Source: the human T2T-CHM13v2.0 reference genome, Homo sapiens. From it: a DNA stretch of 64,000 bases. Below the pieces are notes generated by a model. The model had not been told where the DNA came from, made no database searches, and saw only the letters and a program-made list of their open reading frames with translations. Location of the stretch: assembly GCF_009914755.1 (NCBI RefSeq), contig NC_060942.1; one strand, given 5' to 3'. Below are positions 35,486 through 47,846 of the stretch, one piece after another; the stretch's first letter is position 1; each line of letters starts with the position of its first letter. Position numbers and translations under genes: made by a program.

Positions 35486-36386
35486 AAGGACCTCCAAAGA
35501 AGCCCAGGTAGAGTTTCCATGAGGAGCTCAAAGTCTGATAGATGATTAACAGTTGAAGGAAGCTTAGGGCACATGACTCATGACTCCAGGAAGTGTTCTC
35601 TTTTTCAATGAAACACTCCCAGCAGCCCCAGCGATTTCTTCTATGCGAGGTCTCCAGAAGCTCTCCATTACTGCTGCGTAGGAGAAGGGAGAAGGGTGAG
35701 AGACACACCTTTACTTCAGATTAAAGCAGCACATGATTGGTGTTTGCACTGAAGGTCAACTTTCTGAGGAGGAAGCTGGAGGATCAGGGAAGGCTTCCTG
35801 AGGAGATGGCCTTTAAACCTGGCCTTGAAGACTGGGGAGAATTCCAACAGGATGAGCTGGATGTGGAAAGGGGCTTCCAGGAAAGACACAGCCAAGTGTG
35901 GAAGCCCGAGGAGCATTTCAGGAAGGGCAAGCAGCCAGTGTGTAGAGCTGAGAATGGAGGATCAGCAGCAGGAAAGGGTTGGGGCTGGACCGGGATGAAG
36001 GGTAAGGACTAGGCAGAGGAGCGTCGGCTTCAGTAACAATGCAAGGTCAGCTTGACTTATCTTGACATTAGAATATTCTTGTCACTTCCCAAGAGGGAGA
36101 GGCTGTATTCCAAGTTAATAGTCCATTTTAACACCTAACACGAAAGAGAGAGAGAGAAACACAAGCACTTAAGCCTGGAGTAAACACAGTCATTACAGTG
36201 ACCACAAAAACATTACTGATGGACCAATAAAAAGCGAAAGGAGTCATGGGGGAAACCAGTACATCTCTGCAGTGTGTAAAGCAACCCAACCTCATAAACG
36301 CCGCTGACCTTTCCTGTGACAAACCAAGCCCTGAGAGCTTTGGTTTTAATTGACAGTGAGACCACAGGTACATTGCCCTTCACTGC

Positions 36387-36590
36387 TGTTACGGGTTGAA
36401 TGGTGTCCCCCTAAAAGAGATGTTATTCTAACCCTTAGTACCTGTGAATGTCACATTATTTGGAAACAGGGTCTTTGCAGAAGTAATCAAGTTAAGATGA
36501 GGTCATTAGGGTGGGCCTCAGTTCACTATGACTGGTGTCCTTAGAAAAAGAAAAGATACAGATTGACACCAGGGAGAGCACCATGGGAAT
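36387..36590 (+). mobile_element. MLT1B/C LTR 5' part, followed by an antisense Alu (36595-36870)
   Basis: tgttacgggttgaatggtgtcccc...tttggaaacagggtctttgcag. Confidence 0.8.
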
Positions 36591-37759
36591 ATATTTTTTT
36601 TCTCTGTCGGCCAGGCTGGAGTGCAGTGGCGCGACCTCAGCTCACTGCAACCCTCACCTCCTTGGGTTCAAGTGATTCTCGTGCCTCAGCCTTTCAAGTA
36701 GCTGGGATTATAGGTGCCTGCCACTATGCCTGGCTAATTTTTTGTATTTTCAGTAGAGACAGGTTTCACTATATTGGCCAGGCTGGTTTCAAACTCCTGG
36801 TCTCAAGTGATCCACTCCCCTTGGCCTCCCAAAGTACTAGGATTATAGGCGTGAGCCATCCAGCCTGGGGTCATTCATTCTTCAAGTGTGCAGCGTGTGC
36901 CCACTGTGAACCAGGCTTTGTGCTGGGGGCTGCAGGTGGACTCTCTGCTGAGCAAAATGGTAGCTGACTTAATGCCCTGGCAGGCTGCTTTCTTTAAGGA
37001 GAAATTATTATAGTATTGGGCCAAGCCAGGCCACATTGCAGTGTCCTTAAGGGAACCCGCTGGGAATGCAGATCCTTGGCCTGCAGAGGCCAAGGCTGAG
37101 GGGCACATGCGGTGGGATCAGAGCAAGTCGGAGGAACACCCAGGGCGGAACTGGGGCAGGAGGACTTAGCTGTCACCTCTGGTGAGCTGGAAGTACCTGT
37201 CCTTGGTACACTGAAAACCAACCAAAGGACTACTCAGACAGGAGGGAGAGTAAAGGTGCGAAATATTCCACCGTGGGTGACCACACTACCACAATAATAC
37301 ATCTTCCTACAGGTTTACAGGAATCAGTAACTGAACGTTCAGGTGTCAGATTAAGAGATTATGGCATCTGTCCCTCCCGAGGTCAAATCTTAGCTCTGTT
37401 ACTGTGTGTTGGAACTTCACAACGTTTTTAACTTTGAAAGACGCTGTATCTTCATCTGTAAAACACTGACGGAAATACCTAACTTCTTAGGTTTGGCGTG
37501 AGCATAAAGTGAGAAAAGTGTACGTAACGATCTTAACGATATGACTGGAGCCTGGAAAGGCATTCCTGAGACCTCGCTACCGAAAGTGAAAGGGACGCAT
37601 AATGGAAAAGTGTTAAGTCTGGGAGATGTCCGTGGCCTTTGAAGTGGACACGCCGGTCATAAACTTGGCCTAGAGGGACTGTTCAGTGTCCTGTTTGGGG
37701 AATGGTGGCCTCCTCCAAGGCTCACCACCGCGGCAGGTGTGGTCCTGGCTCTGCAGGTG

Positions 37760-38528
37760 AAGGGAGCTCCAGATTCTAGGTGTGGAGCGAGCCCTTTGCG
37801 AGGTGACAGCGCGAGGTCCCCTCAATGCACTGGGGAGGCGGATTTTCCCAGCGAGAAGGGGCTAGCAGGAGCTGCGTTTATTGTGAAGGCCCACAGGTAA
37901 CGGGGCCATGCACCCCAGGGCGAGACTGGAGTTAAAGGTGGGCGGCAGTCCCTGGTATTCAAGGCCACCTAAGACACCCTGGACGGTGGACCCTGGGAAA
38001 GAGCCGGGGTGCCCCCGCCCTGGCCAGGGTTTGCCCCTTGTGGGGCGGAGGGAGCTGGGGCAAGCAGCGCTGACGGTAGCCTGGGAACTGGGCCAGGGTC
38101 TGCAGGGCGGGCTGGGAGCAGGGCAGGAGGGAGGAGAGGGAAGAGGGCAGTGGGGTCAGAGGGCCCCAGCGCCTGCCCCGGGCTGGGGATACCACGCAGC
38201 CGAGTTCCCACGGCCACCACTGGGTGTCGCCCTTGCCCCGCGAAGGGAGCAGGCGCGCGTTTCCCGAGGCGCCTCTGTCCTCCCAGCTCCTCCGGGCTAG
38301 ATAGACAATGTCCCGGGACCCAGGTGGGCGTAGTGGACCAAGCCCGGAGTCGTCAACCGCAGTCCCTGAGGGGCTGGCCCTGTGCAGAGCCCGAGGCTGG
38401 GTGGGCTTGGACCGCTGCCTTCAGAGAGCCCGCCAGGCCCAGCCTTGCCCGGACGCTCCCAGCACCTGGATTCTGCGGAGTCTGGATCTTCACTGTGAGG
38501 CTGCCGGGCCCTCCAGGAGACATCCTGT
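37760..38528. promoter_or_regulatory. GC/CpG-rich unique segment next to the ERV9 3'LTR
   Basis: High GC, many CpGs, GC boxes (ggggcggag at ~38042). GC-rich sequence continues after the provirus at 49201-49500. Confidence 0.5.
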
Positions 38529-40087
38529 TGTGTCCAGAATTGGTGGGTTCTTGGTCTCACTGACTTCAAGAATGAAGCCGCGGACCCTCGTGGTGAGTGT
38601 TACAGTTCTTAAAGGCGGTGTGTCCGGAGTTTGTTCCTTCTGATGTTCGGATGTGTTCGGAGTTTCTTCCTTCTGGTGGGTTCGTGGTCTCGCTGGCTCA
38701 GGAATGAAGGTGCAGACCTTCGCAGTGGGTGTTACAGCTCTTAAGATGGCGCATCTGGAGTTGTTCGTTCCTCCCGCTGGAGTTGTTCGTTCCTCCCAGT
38801 GGGTTCGTGGTCTCACTGGCTTCAGGAGTGAAGCTGCAGACATTCGTGGTGAGTGTTACAGCTCTTAAAGGCAGTGTGGACCCAAAGAGTGAGCAGTAGC
38901 AATATTTATTGCAAAGAGCGAAAGAACAAAGCTTCCACAGTGTGGAAGGGGACCCAAGTGGGTTGCCACTGCTGGCTCAGGCAGCCTGCTTTTATTCTCT
39001 TATCTGGCCCTACCCACATCCTGCTGATTGGTCCATTTTACAGAGAGCTGATTGGTTTGTTTTACAGAGAGCTGATTGGTCCGTTTTGACAGGGTGCTGA
39101 TTGGCGCGTTTACAATCCCTGGGCTAGACACAAAAGTTCTCGGTGTCTCCACTAGATTAGCTAGATACAGAGTGTCAACTGGTGTGTTTACAAACCCTGA
39201 GCTAGACACAGAGTGCTGATTGGTGCATTTACAAACTGTGAGCTAGATACAGAGTGCCGATTGGTGCATTCACAATCCCTTAGCTAGACATAAAGGTTCT
39301 CCAAGTCCCCACCAGATTAACTAGATACAGAGTGCCAACTGGTGCCTTCACAAACCCTGAGCTAGACACAGGGTGCTGATTGGTGTGTTTACAAACCTTG
39401 AGCTAGATACAGAGTGCTGATTGGTGTATTTAGAATCCCCTAGCTAGACATAAAGGTTCTCTAAGTCCCTACCAGACTCAGGAGCCCAGCTGGCTTCACC
39501 CAGTGGATCCCGCACCGGGGCCGCAGGTGGAGCTGCCTGCCAGTCCTGCGCCATGCGCCTGCACTCCTCAGCCCTTGGGCGGTCAATGGGACCAGGGGCC
39601 GTGGAGCAGGGGGCAGCACTCGTCTGGGAGGCTTGGGCCACGCAGGAGCCCACGGTGGCGGGGCGGGGGAAGGCTCAGGTATGGCAGGCTGCAGGTTCTG
39701 AACCCTGCCCCGCAGGGAGGCAGCTAAGGCCTGGTGAGAAATCGAGCACAGCAGCTGCTGGCCCAGGTGCTAAGCCCCTCACTGCCCAGGGCCAGCAGGG
39801 CTGGCTGGCCGCTCCGAGCATGGGCCCCCCAAGCCCACACCCACCCGGAACTTGCGCTGGCCTGCAAGCACTGTGCACAGCCCTGGTTCCCACCCGTGCC
39901 TCTCCATCCACACCTCCCCGCAAGCTGAGGGAGCTGGCTCTGGCCTCGGCCAGCCCAGGAAGGGGCTCCCACAGTGCAGCAGTGGGTTGAAGGGCTCCTC
40001 AAGTGCCACCAGAGTGGGTGCCCAGGCAGAGGAGGCTCCGAGAGCGAGCGAGGTCTGCGAGGGCTGCCAGCATGCTGTCACCTCTCA
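38529..40087 (-). mobile_element. 3' LTR12 (LTR12C/D-like, 1559 bp)
   Basis: Minus strand begins TGAGAGGTGACAGC; tandem CCAAT/GATA repeats; poly(A) signal AATAAA at 38905-38910; PPT at ~40088-40100. Confidence 0.95.
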
Positions 40088-40144
40088 ATCCCCCCTCTAA
40101 ACAGGACACCCCAACTGCTGTTGGGAATTTGGCCGATGACCGCT

Positions 40145-40970
40145 CTAGCTACTTCCTGCTGGATAGGGGCAAAGAAGGGGCCCTGCAGTTGTAGTGTCCT
40201 CCAGAGGGGAACTCTCTAGGCCAGTGGAAGTGCCAGTGGGTTGGTCCATGGGTCCTTGGTAGAAGTTGTTAGTTGAACTCATTTGGAGTTCCATTTGTAA
40301 GACCATCTGTAGCTTGATGGCCTCAATTCTAGAGGAAACAAATTTGACAAGAAGGTTAAAAATACAAGGCCTGAAGGCGAGTAACAGCAAGATGGCTGCC
40401 ACGGGACCTAGAAAGGGGAGAAGCCATGTTGCCCAAAGGTTGGTATAAGAGTTTGAAAGGCGTCTGATTTCAGAAGCCTTTTCTTGTAAACGCCGGGCGG
40501 CAAATCGTACTATCCCTGACTGGTTAGTGTAAAAACAACACTCTTCCCCTAAGAAGGTGCAGAGTCCTCCTTTTTCAGCAGTGAAGAAGTCTAGGCCTCA
40601 GCGGTTTTGGAGAGTCACTGCTGCCAAAGAGTCTATTTGGGATTGTAAAGTAAGAATAGATTTTGTTATTTCTTGCAAACTGTCTGAGAAATCCTTTGAG
40701 AGTGTGTGGTAGTAGGATAATGAAGTAGATAAACCGGCTATTCCCCTTCCTGTAGCAGTAGCCATTCCTAACCCTATAAGTAGGGGTATTAGTTGTATGG
40801 CTCTGCACTGACGGACTTGAGCTTTGAGGGGTACTGATAAGGTCTGATTTCCTGGGGCAATGTTAATGTTGGGACTTAGAAAGACTAAGGTGCAGGTGCC
40901 TGTCCAGTTAGTGGGGAGGCAGATATAGGTCGATCTTCCACATAGAAAAATATGCCTTGGCTGGGTAAAC
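40145..40970 (-). pseudogene. ERV9 env remnant (end of SU plus TM)
   Basis: CLPTNWTGTC, RQCR/AIQLIPLLIGLG fusion peptide, LQNR* then GLDFFTAEKGGLC...EECCFY; tail IFNLLVKFVSSRIEAIKLQMVLQME. Confidence 0.92.
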
Positions 40971-41209
40971 AGAACTTTACCCTGGCTTTTAAAGGAATAG
41001 GGTACACTGTTTTTCTCTTTACTACTTCCATCTCTCTTTCTATCTCTTTGACTTCTTCTTTGTCTCTTTCTCTGACTTCCTGTCTCTTTCTCTCTTTCCT
41101 TTGACTCCTTCTCTTTGTCTCTATTTCTTCCTCTTTCTCTGACTTTCTTTTTCTCTCTTTCCTTCTTGCTGGTCTGCCAGCTGCTTAGCTGCTGTTCTCC
41201 CCTCTTCTT

Positions 41210-43413
41210 CCCATTTTGATGGCTTTGGCAGTGTAAGAGTGCCACCTCCTTGTGTTTTTGCAGTGCGTGCAATAACTCTATAATTTCCTTGTGGTATTTA
41301 ATTGGGGTCCCCCCAGAGCTTAGGAGCTCCCATTTTTTCCATATTGCAGCATGGGCATGTAGGATTAAATAAGCATACTTGCTGTCTGTATACACATTTA
41401 TTCTTTTTCCCTTTTCCAGTTCTAAGGCTCGGGTAAGTGCCACTAGTTCCGCTAACTGGGCACTGGTCCCTGGGGGAAGAGGCTTACTTTCAAGTATGGT
41501 TACATCACTATGGCGTAACCTGCCCTTCATATCCCATTCTCCACAAATGAACTTCCATTGGTATATAGGTTAAGGTCATGATTAGTTAAGGGGACTTCTA
41601 AGAGATCATCTCGGGTGGCATAAGTCTGGACTACAATTTGTTGGCAGTCATGCTCGATTGGTTCCCCATCCTCTAGGAGAAAAGTGGCAGGGTTGAGGGC
41701 CACGCAGGTGCCTATTTGAACCACCAGTCCCTCAAGGAGTAGTGCCTGGTATCTAAGTAGGCGGTTGTCTGATAGCCATAAACTTCCTTTGGCACCTAGT
41801 ATGCCATTTACATCATGAGTAGTCCAGACAGTGTGATCCTTTCCTTGTATTATTTTGATAGCCTCTGACACTAAGATGGCCACTGCTACAACTACCCTTA
41901 AACAGTGAGGCCAGGCTTTTGCTACTACATCAATTTCCTTACATAGGTATGCCACTGGTTGTGGGGTTGTCCCACGAGTCTGAGTAAGGACTCCTAGAGC
42001 TATCCCGGCTCTCTCTGTGATGTATAATGAGAAGTTTTGTCCTGTGGGAAGGCTTAAAGCTGGAGCTTGTACTAGGGCCTGCTTTAAGGTTTTGAAGGCT
42101 GTTTCTGCCTCTGGTTACCATTCTACTAAATGAGTATTTGCCTTCTGGGTTTCCTTGATTAGAGTATAGAGGGGCCTGGCTATCTCGCTGTATCTGGGGA
42201 TCCATAGTTGACAAAAGCCGGTAATTCCAAGGAACCCCCACAACTGTTTTAATGTCTTAGGGCAAGGATAAGCAAGTATAGGCTGTATTCATTCCTTGCT
42301 GAGGGCGCTGGTCCCTCTGGCTAAGATTAGGCCCAGATATTTGACCTGCTGTAGGCAAAGCTGGGCCTTCGACCTAGACATCTTGTACCCTTGATTAGCT
42401 AGAAAGTTCAAGAGATCTAGAGTAGCCTGCTGGCACGAGGCTTCCGAACTGGTAGCCAAAAGTAAATCATCCATATATTGAAGGACCAGAGTGCCTGGAC
42501 TTGAGAAGTGGCCTAGATCTTGGGCCAGTGCCTGACCAAACAGATGAGGGCTATCCGTAAACCCTTGGGGCAAGACCGTCCACGTAAGTTGGGATGTGTG
42601 GTCTGTGGGATCCTCAAAAGCAAAGAGGAACTGGGAGTCAGAGTGCAGGGGAATACAGAAGAAGGCATCCTTGAGGTCCAGAACCATGAACAATTCTGCT
42701 TCCTCTGGTATTTGAGAGAGCAGGGTATAGGGGTTTGGTACAACTGGATATAGAGGAATTACTGCCTCATTAATGATTCTAAGATCTTGCACTAGTCTCC
42801 ACTGACCGTTCGGTTTTTGTACTCCTAGAATTGGGGTGTTGCAGGGACTGCTGCATTTCCTTACTAAGCCTTGAGCTTTCAAATGTTTAACAATATTCTG
42901 TAATCCTTTATGAGCTTCAGGCCTTAAGGGATATTGCCTTTGATAAGGAAAAATGGTGGGATCTTTTAACTTGATTTGGACTGGGCAGGCAATTTTTGCC
43001 TTTCCAAATTGTCCTTCCAATGCCCAGACTTCAGGGTTGATTCCTTCCTCAAGTAGGGGACAACAAATGGGTAACTTGTTCCCCATATTCATGTAGATAA
43101 TAGCTCCAGCCTTGGCTAATATATCCTTCCCTAATAGGGGTGTGGGACTTTCAGGCATAACAAGAAAGGCATGTGAAAAGAGCAAAGTCTCCCATTTACA
43201 ACTGAGGAGGTAGGAGAAATACCTGGTTACAGGCTGTCCCAGGATTCCTCGGATGGTAACGGACCTTGAGGACAGTCGTCCAGGACAGGAGATTAACACT
43301 AAGAAGGCCATGCCAGTGTCCAGGAGGAAGTCAATTTCCTGGCCCTCAATAGTTAAACATACCCGGGGCTCAGTGAGGGTGATGACATGAGCTGGCGCTT
43401 GCCTCAGGCACCC
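41210..43413 (-). pseudogene. ERV9 pro-pol (protease, RT, RNaseH; integrase deleted), frameshifted
   Basis: FLLDTG, WRLVQDLR, LDLKDAFF, LPQGF, YMDD, AQLAELVAL, VYTDSKYA. Confidence 0.95.
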
Positions 43414-46400
43414 TCAGTCCTGTTGTTGGATCATCTGGTTGGGGGCTTCTGACCCAGGGAAACTTCATCCTCTGGGGCAGTGATTGCCTTGGCATAGTGG
43501 ACATGGATGAGGGGGCAGCTTGTTTCTCATTGGACAATCTTTTTAAAAGTGTCCTAGTAAACCACACTGATAACAAGCCCTACCAGGTGATTGGCCTGCT
43601 CCATTTTCTGTCCTCTCTGAACCTCCAAGGTTTGATTGTCTGAGGGCCATGACTAAGGCTGCGGCCTTTCTCTGATCTCGCTTTTCCTTTTGGGCCTGTG
43701 CCTCTTGGTTCCTATTATAGAACACTGAGATTGCCAGGTTTAATAATGCCTCTAGATTTTGTTCAGGGCCCAGGGCTTGCTTTTGGAGCTTTCTTCTGAT
43801 ATCTGTGGCTGATTGGGTAATAAACTTATCTTTTAGAATCAATTGACCCTCGAGTGATTTGGGTGACAGGGGAGTATATTTTCTTAAGGCCTGCCTTAGC
43901 TGCTCGAGGAAGGCAGAAGCATTTTCTTCCTTTCCCTGAGTTATGGTGGACATCATTGAATAATTCATGGGCTTTTTTCTAATTCTCCTTAGTCCTTCTA
44001 GAACACAGGTCAACAGATGTTTACGACTCCAGTCCCCATGATCTGAGTCAAGGTCCCAGTGGGGATCCATACTGGGGTTGGCTTGCTGACCGGTAGGGAA
44101 TTTGTCCCTTTCTTCAGCTGTCATTCTATCATTTACTTGACTAAGATACCAGGTATCTCCAAACTCTCGGGCTGCAGCTAAAGCCGCATTCTTTTCTTTT
44201 TTTTTAAAAAAAAACAAAAAATTTTACTTGTCTTTTCTTTTTTTTTTTTTCTGGTTACTTACTTGTATTTTTTTTTAATTTTTTTTAGTATTTATTGATC
44301 ATTCTTGGGTGTTTCTCAGAGAGGGGGATTTGGCAGGGTCATAGGACAATAGTGGAGGGAAGGTCAGCAGATAAACATGTGAACAGAGGTCTCTGGTTTT
44401 CCTAGGCAGAGGGCCCTGCCACCTTCCGCAGTGTTTGTGTCCCTGGGTATTTGAGATTAGGGAGTGGTGATGACTCTTAACGAGTATGCTGCCTTCAAGC
44501 ATCTGTTTAACAAAGCACATCTTGCACTGCCCTTAATCCATTTAACCCTTAGTGGACACAGCACATGTTTCAGAGAGCACGGGGTTGGGGGTAAGGTTAT
44601 AGATTAACAGCATCCCAAGGCAGAAGAATTTTTCTTAGTACAGAACAAAATGGAGTCTCCTATGTCTACTTCTTTCTACACAGACACAGTAACAATCTGA
44701 TCTCTCTTTCTTTTCCCCACATTTCCCCCTTTTCTATTTGACAAAACCGCCATCGTCATCATGGCCCGTTCTCAATGAGCTGTTGGGTACACCTCCCAGA
44801 CAGGGTGGCGGCTGGGCAGAGGGGTTCCTCACTTCCCAGATGGGGCGGCCGGGCAGAGGTGCCCCCCACCTCCCAGACGGGGTGGCGGCCGGGCGGGGTT
44901 CGCCCCCCACCTCCCGGACGGGGTGGCTGGCCGGGTGGGGGCTGCCCCCCACCTCCCGGACGGGGCGGCTGGCTGGGTGGGGGCTGCCCCCCACCTCCCG
45001 GACAGGGCAGCTGCTGGGCAGAGACGCTCCTCACTTCCCAGACGGGGCGGCTGCTGGGCGGAGGGACTCCTCACTTCTCAGACGGGGCGGCCGGTCAGAG
45101 ACGCTCCTCACCTCCCAGACGGGGTGGTGGTGGGGCAGAGACACTCCTCAGTTCCCAGACGGCGTCATGGCCGGGCAGAGGTGCTCTTCACATCTCAGAC
45201 GGGGCGGTGGGGCAGAGGCGCTCCCCACATCGCAGACAATGGGCGGCCAGGCAGAGACGCTCCTCACTTCTTAGATGGGATAACGGCCGGGAAGAGGCGC
45301 TCCTCACTTCCCAGACTGGGTGACCGGGCAGAGGGGCTCCTCACATCCCAGACAATGGTCGGCCAGGCAGAGATGCTCCTCACTTCCTAGACGGGGTGGC
45401 AGCCGGGCAGAGGCTGCAATCTCAGCACTTTGGGAGGCCAAGGCAGGCGGCTGGGAGGTGGAGGTTGTAGCGAGCCGAGATCACGCCACTGCACTCCAGC
45501 CTGGGCAACATTGAGCACTGAGTGAGCGAGACTCCGTCTGCAATCCCAGCACCTTGGGAGGCCGAGGCTGGCAGATCACTCTCGGTCAGGAGCTGTAGAC
45601 CAGCCTGGCCAACATGGCAAAACCCCGTCTCCACCAAAAAATACGAAAACCAGTCAGGCATGGTGGTGTGCGCCTGCAATCCCAGGCACTCGGCAGGCTG
45701 AGGCAGGAGAATCAGGCAGGGAGGTTGCAGTGAGTCGAGATGGCAGCAGTACAGTCCAGCCTCGGCTCGGCATCAGAGGGAGACCATGCAGAGAGGACAG
45801 GGACAGGGAGAGGGAGAGGGAGAGGGAGAGCAGCCACATTCTTTTCATTAAAGGCCAGGGTTTGATCTAACAGTAGCATGACATCTCTCCAAGCAAGGTC
45901 GAAGGTTTGCCCTAGACCCTGTAGGACATCTATGTACCTATCGGGATCATCTGAAAACTTCCCCAGGTCTGCCTTGATCTGCTTTAAATCAGAGAGGGAG
46001 AAGGGGACATGTACCCGGGTTGGGCCAAATTCCCCTCTCCCTACAGTTTGAAGGGGACATAATGGATAGCCCGGGGGTTTTTGTGGTCCTTTGGAGATTT
46101 CTTTGCTTATTTCCTTCTGGGCAGGGGAGATTAGAGGAGGACTATCATTAATAGGAAGGGGAGCTATAGGGAGGCTAGGATGTGGGGGTAAGCTGAGAGG
46201 TCCTCCTGTGGGATGTAAATTGTAAGCTTTGCATAGTTGTGTATTCTCCTTCAATGAAAAGAAAGCTTGGATATAAGGTATTTCACTCCATTTGCCTTCC
46301 CTCTTACAGAAAAGGTCAAGCTGCAGGATAGTATTGTAATTTGTACTTCCCTCAGGTGGCCATTTTTCCCCATCAGAGAGAGAATATTGGGGCCAAGCCC

Positions 46401-46514
46401 TAGTGCAGAAAAAAAAAAAATGAGCCACCTCTTTTTCAGGGTTTGTGGGTCAAATTGGTCCCAGTGGCTTAGGATGCATTTCAAGGGTGAGCCTGTTGAT
46501 GCCTGAGTGTTTCC
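43414..46514 (-). pseudogene. ERV9 gag, interrupted by an SVA
   Basis: MGNTQASTGSPLKCIL..., KWPPEGS, ITQGKEENASAFLE (MHR), CYQCGLLGH zinc knuckle; TGA at 43414-16 before pro. Confidence 0.93.
44197..45831 (-). mobile_element. Full-length SVA retrotransposon (older SVA_B/C-like)
   Basis: (CCCTCT)n ~45795-45830, Alu-like ~45420-45780, VNTR ~44790-45420, SINE-R, AATAAA and A tail. TSD agcc(g/a)cattcttttc at 44182-96 and 45832-46. Confidence 0.96.
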
Positions 46515-47825
46515 CATCTGAAAGACAAAACTGCCCACGGTTTTGGTTTGTTTTGTTTCTCCCCCTGCCCAAGAACCCGCAATGGTCCCTGGACCCTGCT
46601 GATTGCAGTACTTGTGCTCACCGATGCATTAGCAGAAACAGCCCCTGCCCAAGAACCCGCAACGGTCCCTGGACCCTGCTGGTCGGAATAGTTGCACTCA
46701 CCAATGCAGCAGCAGAAACACTAGTTTTCCTCCCAGACCACATGGAGAACTGAGGAAGGTCAGATTTAGTGGCCCTTACTGACGCATTCTCGAAAACCTG
46801 CACCCTTGCCTGTCCTCCTAGACCACAAGGAGGACCGACCGAGAAAAATCGGATTTAGTGGCCCTTACCGATGCATTCTCGAAAATCTGTTAAGAGTCTT
46901 AAGCATTCTCCTATTAGTATTGGGAACTTACCCCGTCCTATAAAGATGTTATGCCCCAAAAATTAAGTGGAGGGCCATACCCTGAGGGAGGGAAGGGATC
47001 TCCAGGGTTGGAAGAGTGACACCTTTTGTCTTCACTTATATGAATAGGAAGGATACAATTTCTGAGGCTCCCCATATCTTAGCTTAAGGAATAGCTTTTG
47101 TTAGGCCTGTTAGTCTGAGGAGGGATCCTAAAATTCCAGGTAGTCCCCACTATGATGGGGCTTTGGGCAAAAATTGTGTCTTTCTGATTGGTGAGCCTGG
47201 GTGCCTAAAGAGGGTAACAGTCCTGGAGTTTATACTAGAAATCATTCTTATGGGAGAAACTAGAAAAGCGCCAGAGACAGGCAGCAATTTTTAGAAGCCG
47301 GAATAACCTCAGAGAAGAGAGGCAAGAGGAAGTTTGTCTGGCAAGCATTAGGACCCAAGGGGCAAGGGTCAGGATAGATAGGACAGATGGGCGAATCTCG
47401 CTTGGGCAACATGCCTTTGAGAGTTCCGCTCATGGCCGCAGGGTCAACCAATTTGTTGTTGGGACCCCGGAGCTGCATGGCTTTCCTCTCTGTCGACGCT
47501 TGGCTCAGCCTGGAAGTACAGGAAAAGCGGAAGCTGCTTCTAGGCAAACCAATGGTCCCAACTCCGAAGAGTTGGGGGTTGTTAGCCCTTTCCCAGAAAG
47601 CCTGACACCTGTGTCTTTAGTCTGGCAGCTGCGCTAGTCACTTTTAACTGGCCAACAGGTGCCCAGTATTTAGCCCCCGCATTCTAAGGAAAAATAGGAC
47701 AGAATAGCAAGCAAAAGGGGTCTGATGGTACTCACTGCTTGGCGATAGGTGATAGTCTTGCTGCTCAGCGATAGGCGATGGTCTCACCACTCGGCGATAG
47801 TCTCACCGCTTGGCGATAGGCGATA

Positions 47826-47843
47826 GTCCCTTTGTGGTCGCCA
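47826..47843 (-). promoter_or_regulatory. Primer-binding site for tRNA-Arg
   Basis: TGGCGACCACAAAGGGAC, 3 nt past the 5'LTR; one mismatch to the tRNA-Arg(TCG) 3'-end complement. Confidence 0.88.
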
Positions 47844-47846
47844 AAA

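Noticed and set aside
37908-38563. 130-184 aa ORFs in the GC-rich flank
   Set aside because: No recognisable domain; long frames are expected at high GC
39000-39470. Regularly spaced gctgattggtg repeats resembling a CRISPR array
   Set aside because: Known LTR12 U3 CCAAT/GATA tandem repeats; the spacers are themselves repeated and there are no cas genes
44734-45514. Overlapping Pro/Gly-rich ORFs
   Set aside because: Translations of the SVA VNTR and Alu-like region
46563-47826. Direct repeats in the ERV leader (cccctgcccaagaacccgcaa x2, gatttagtggcccttac x2, ggcgatag array)
   Set aside because: They look like ordinary ERV9 leader structure rather than a separate element
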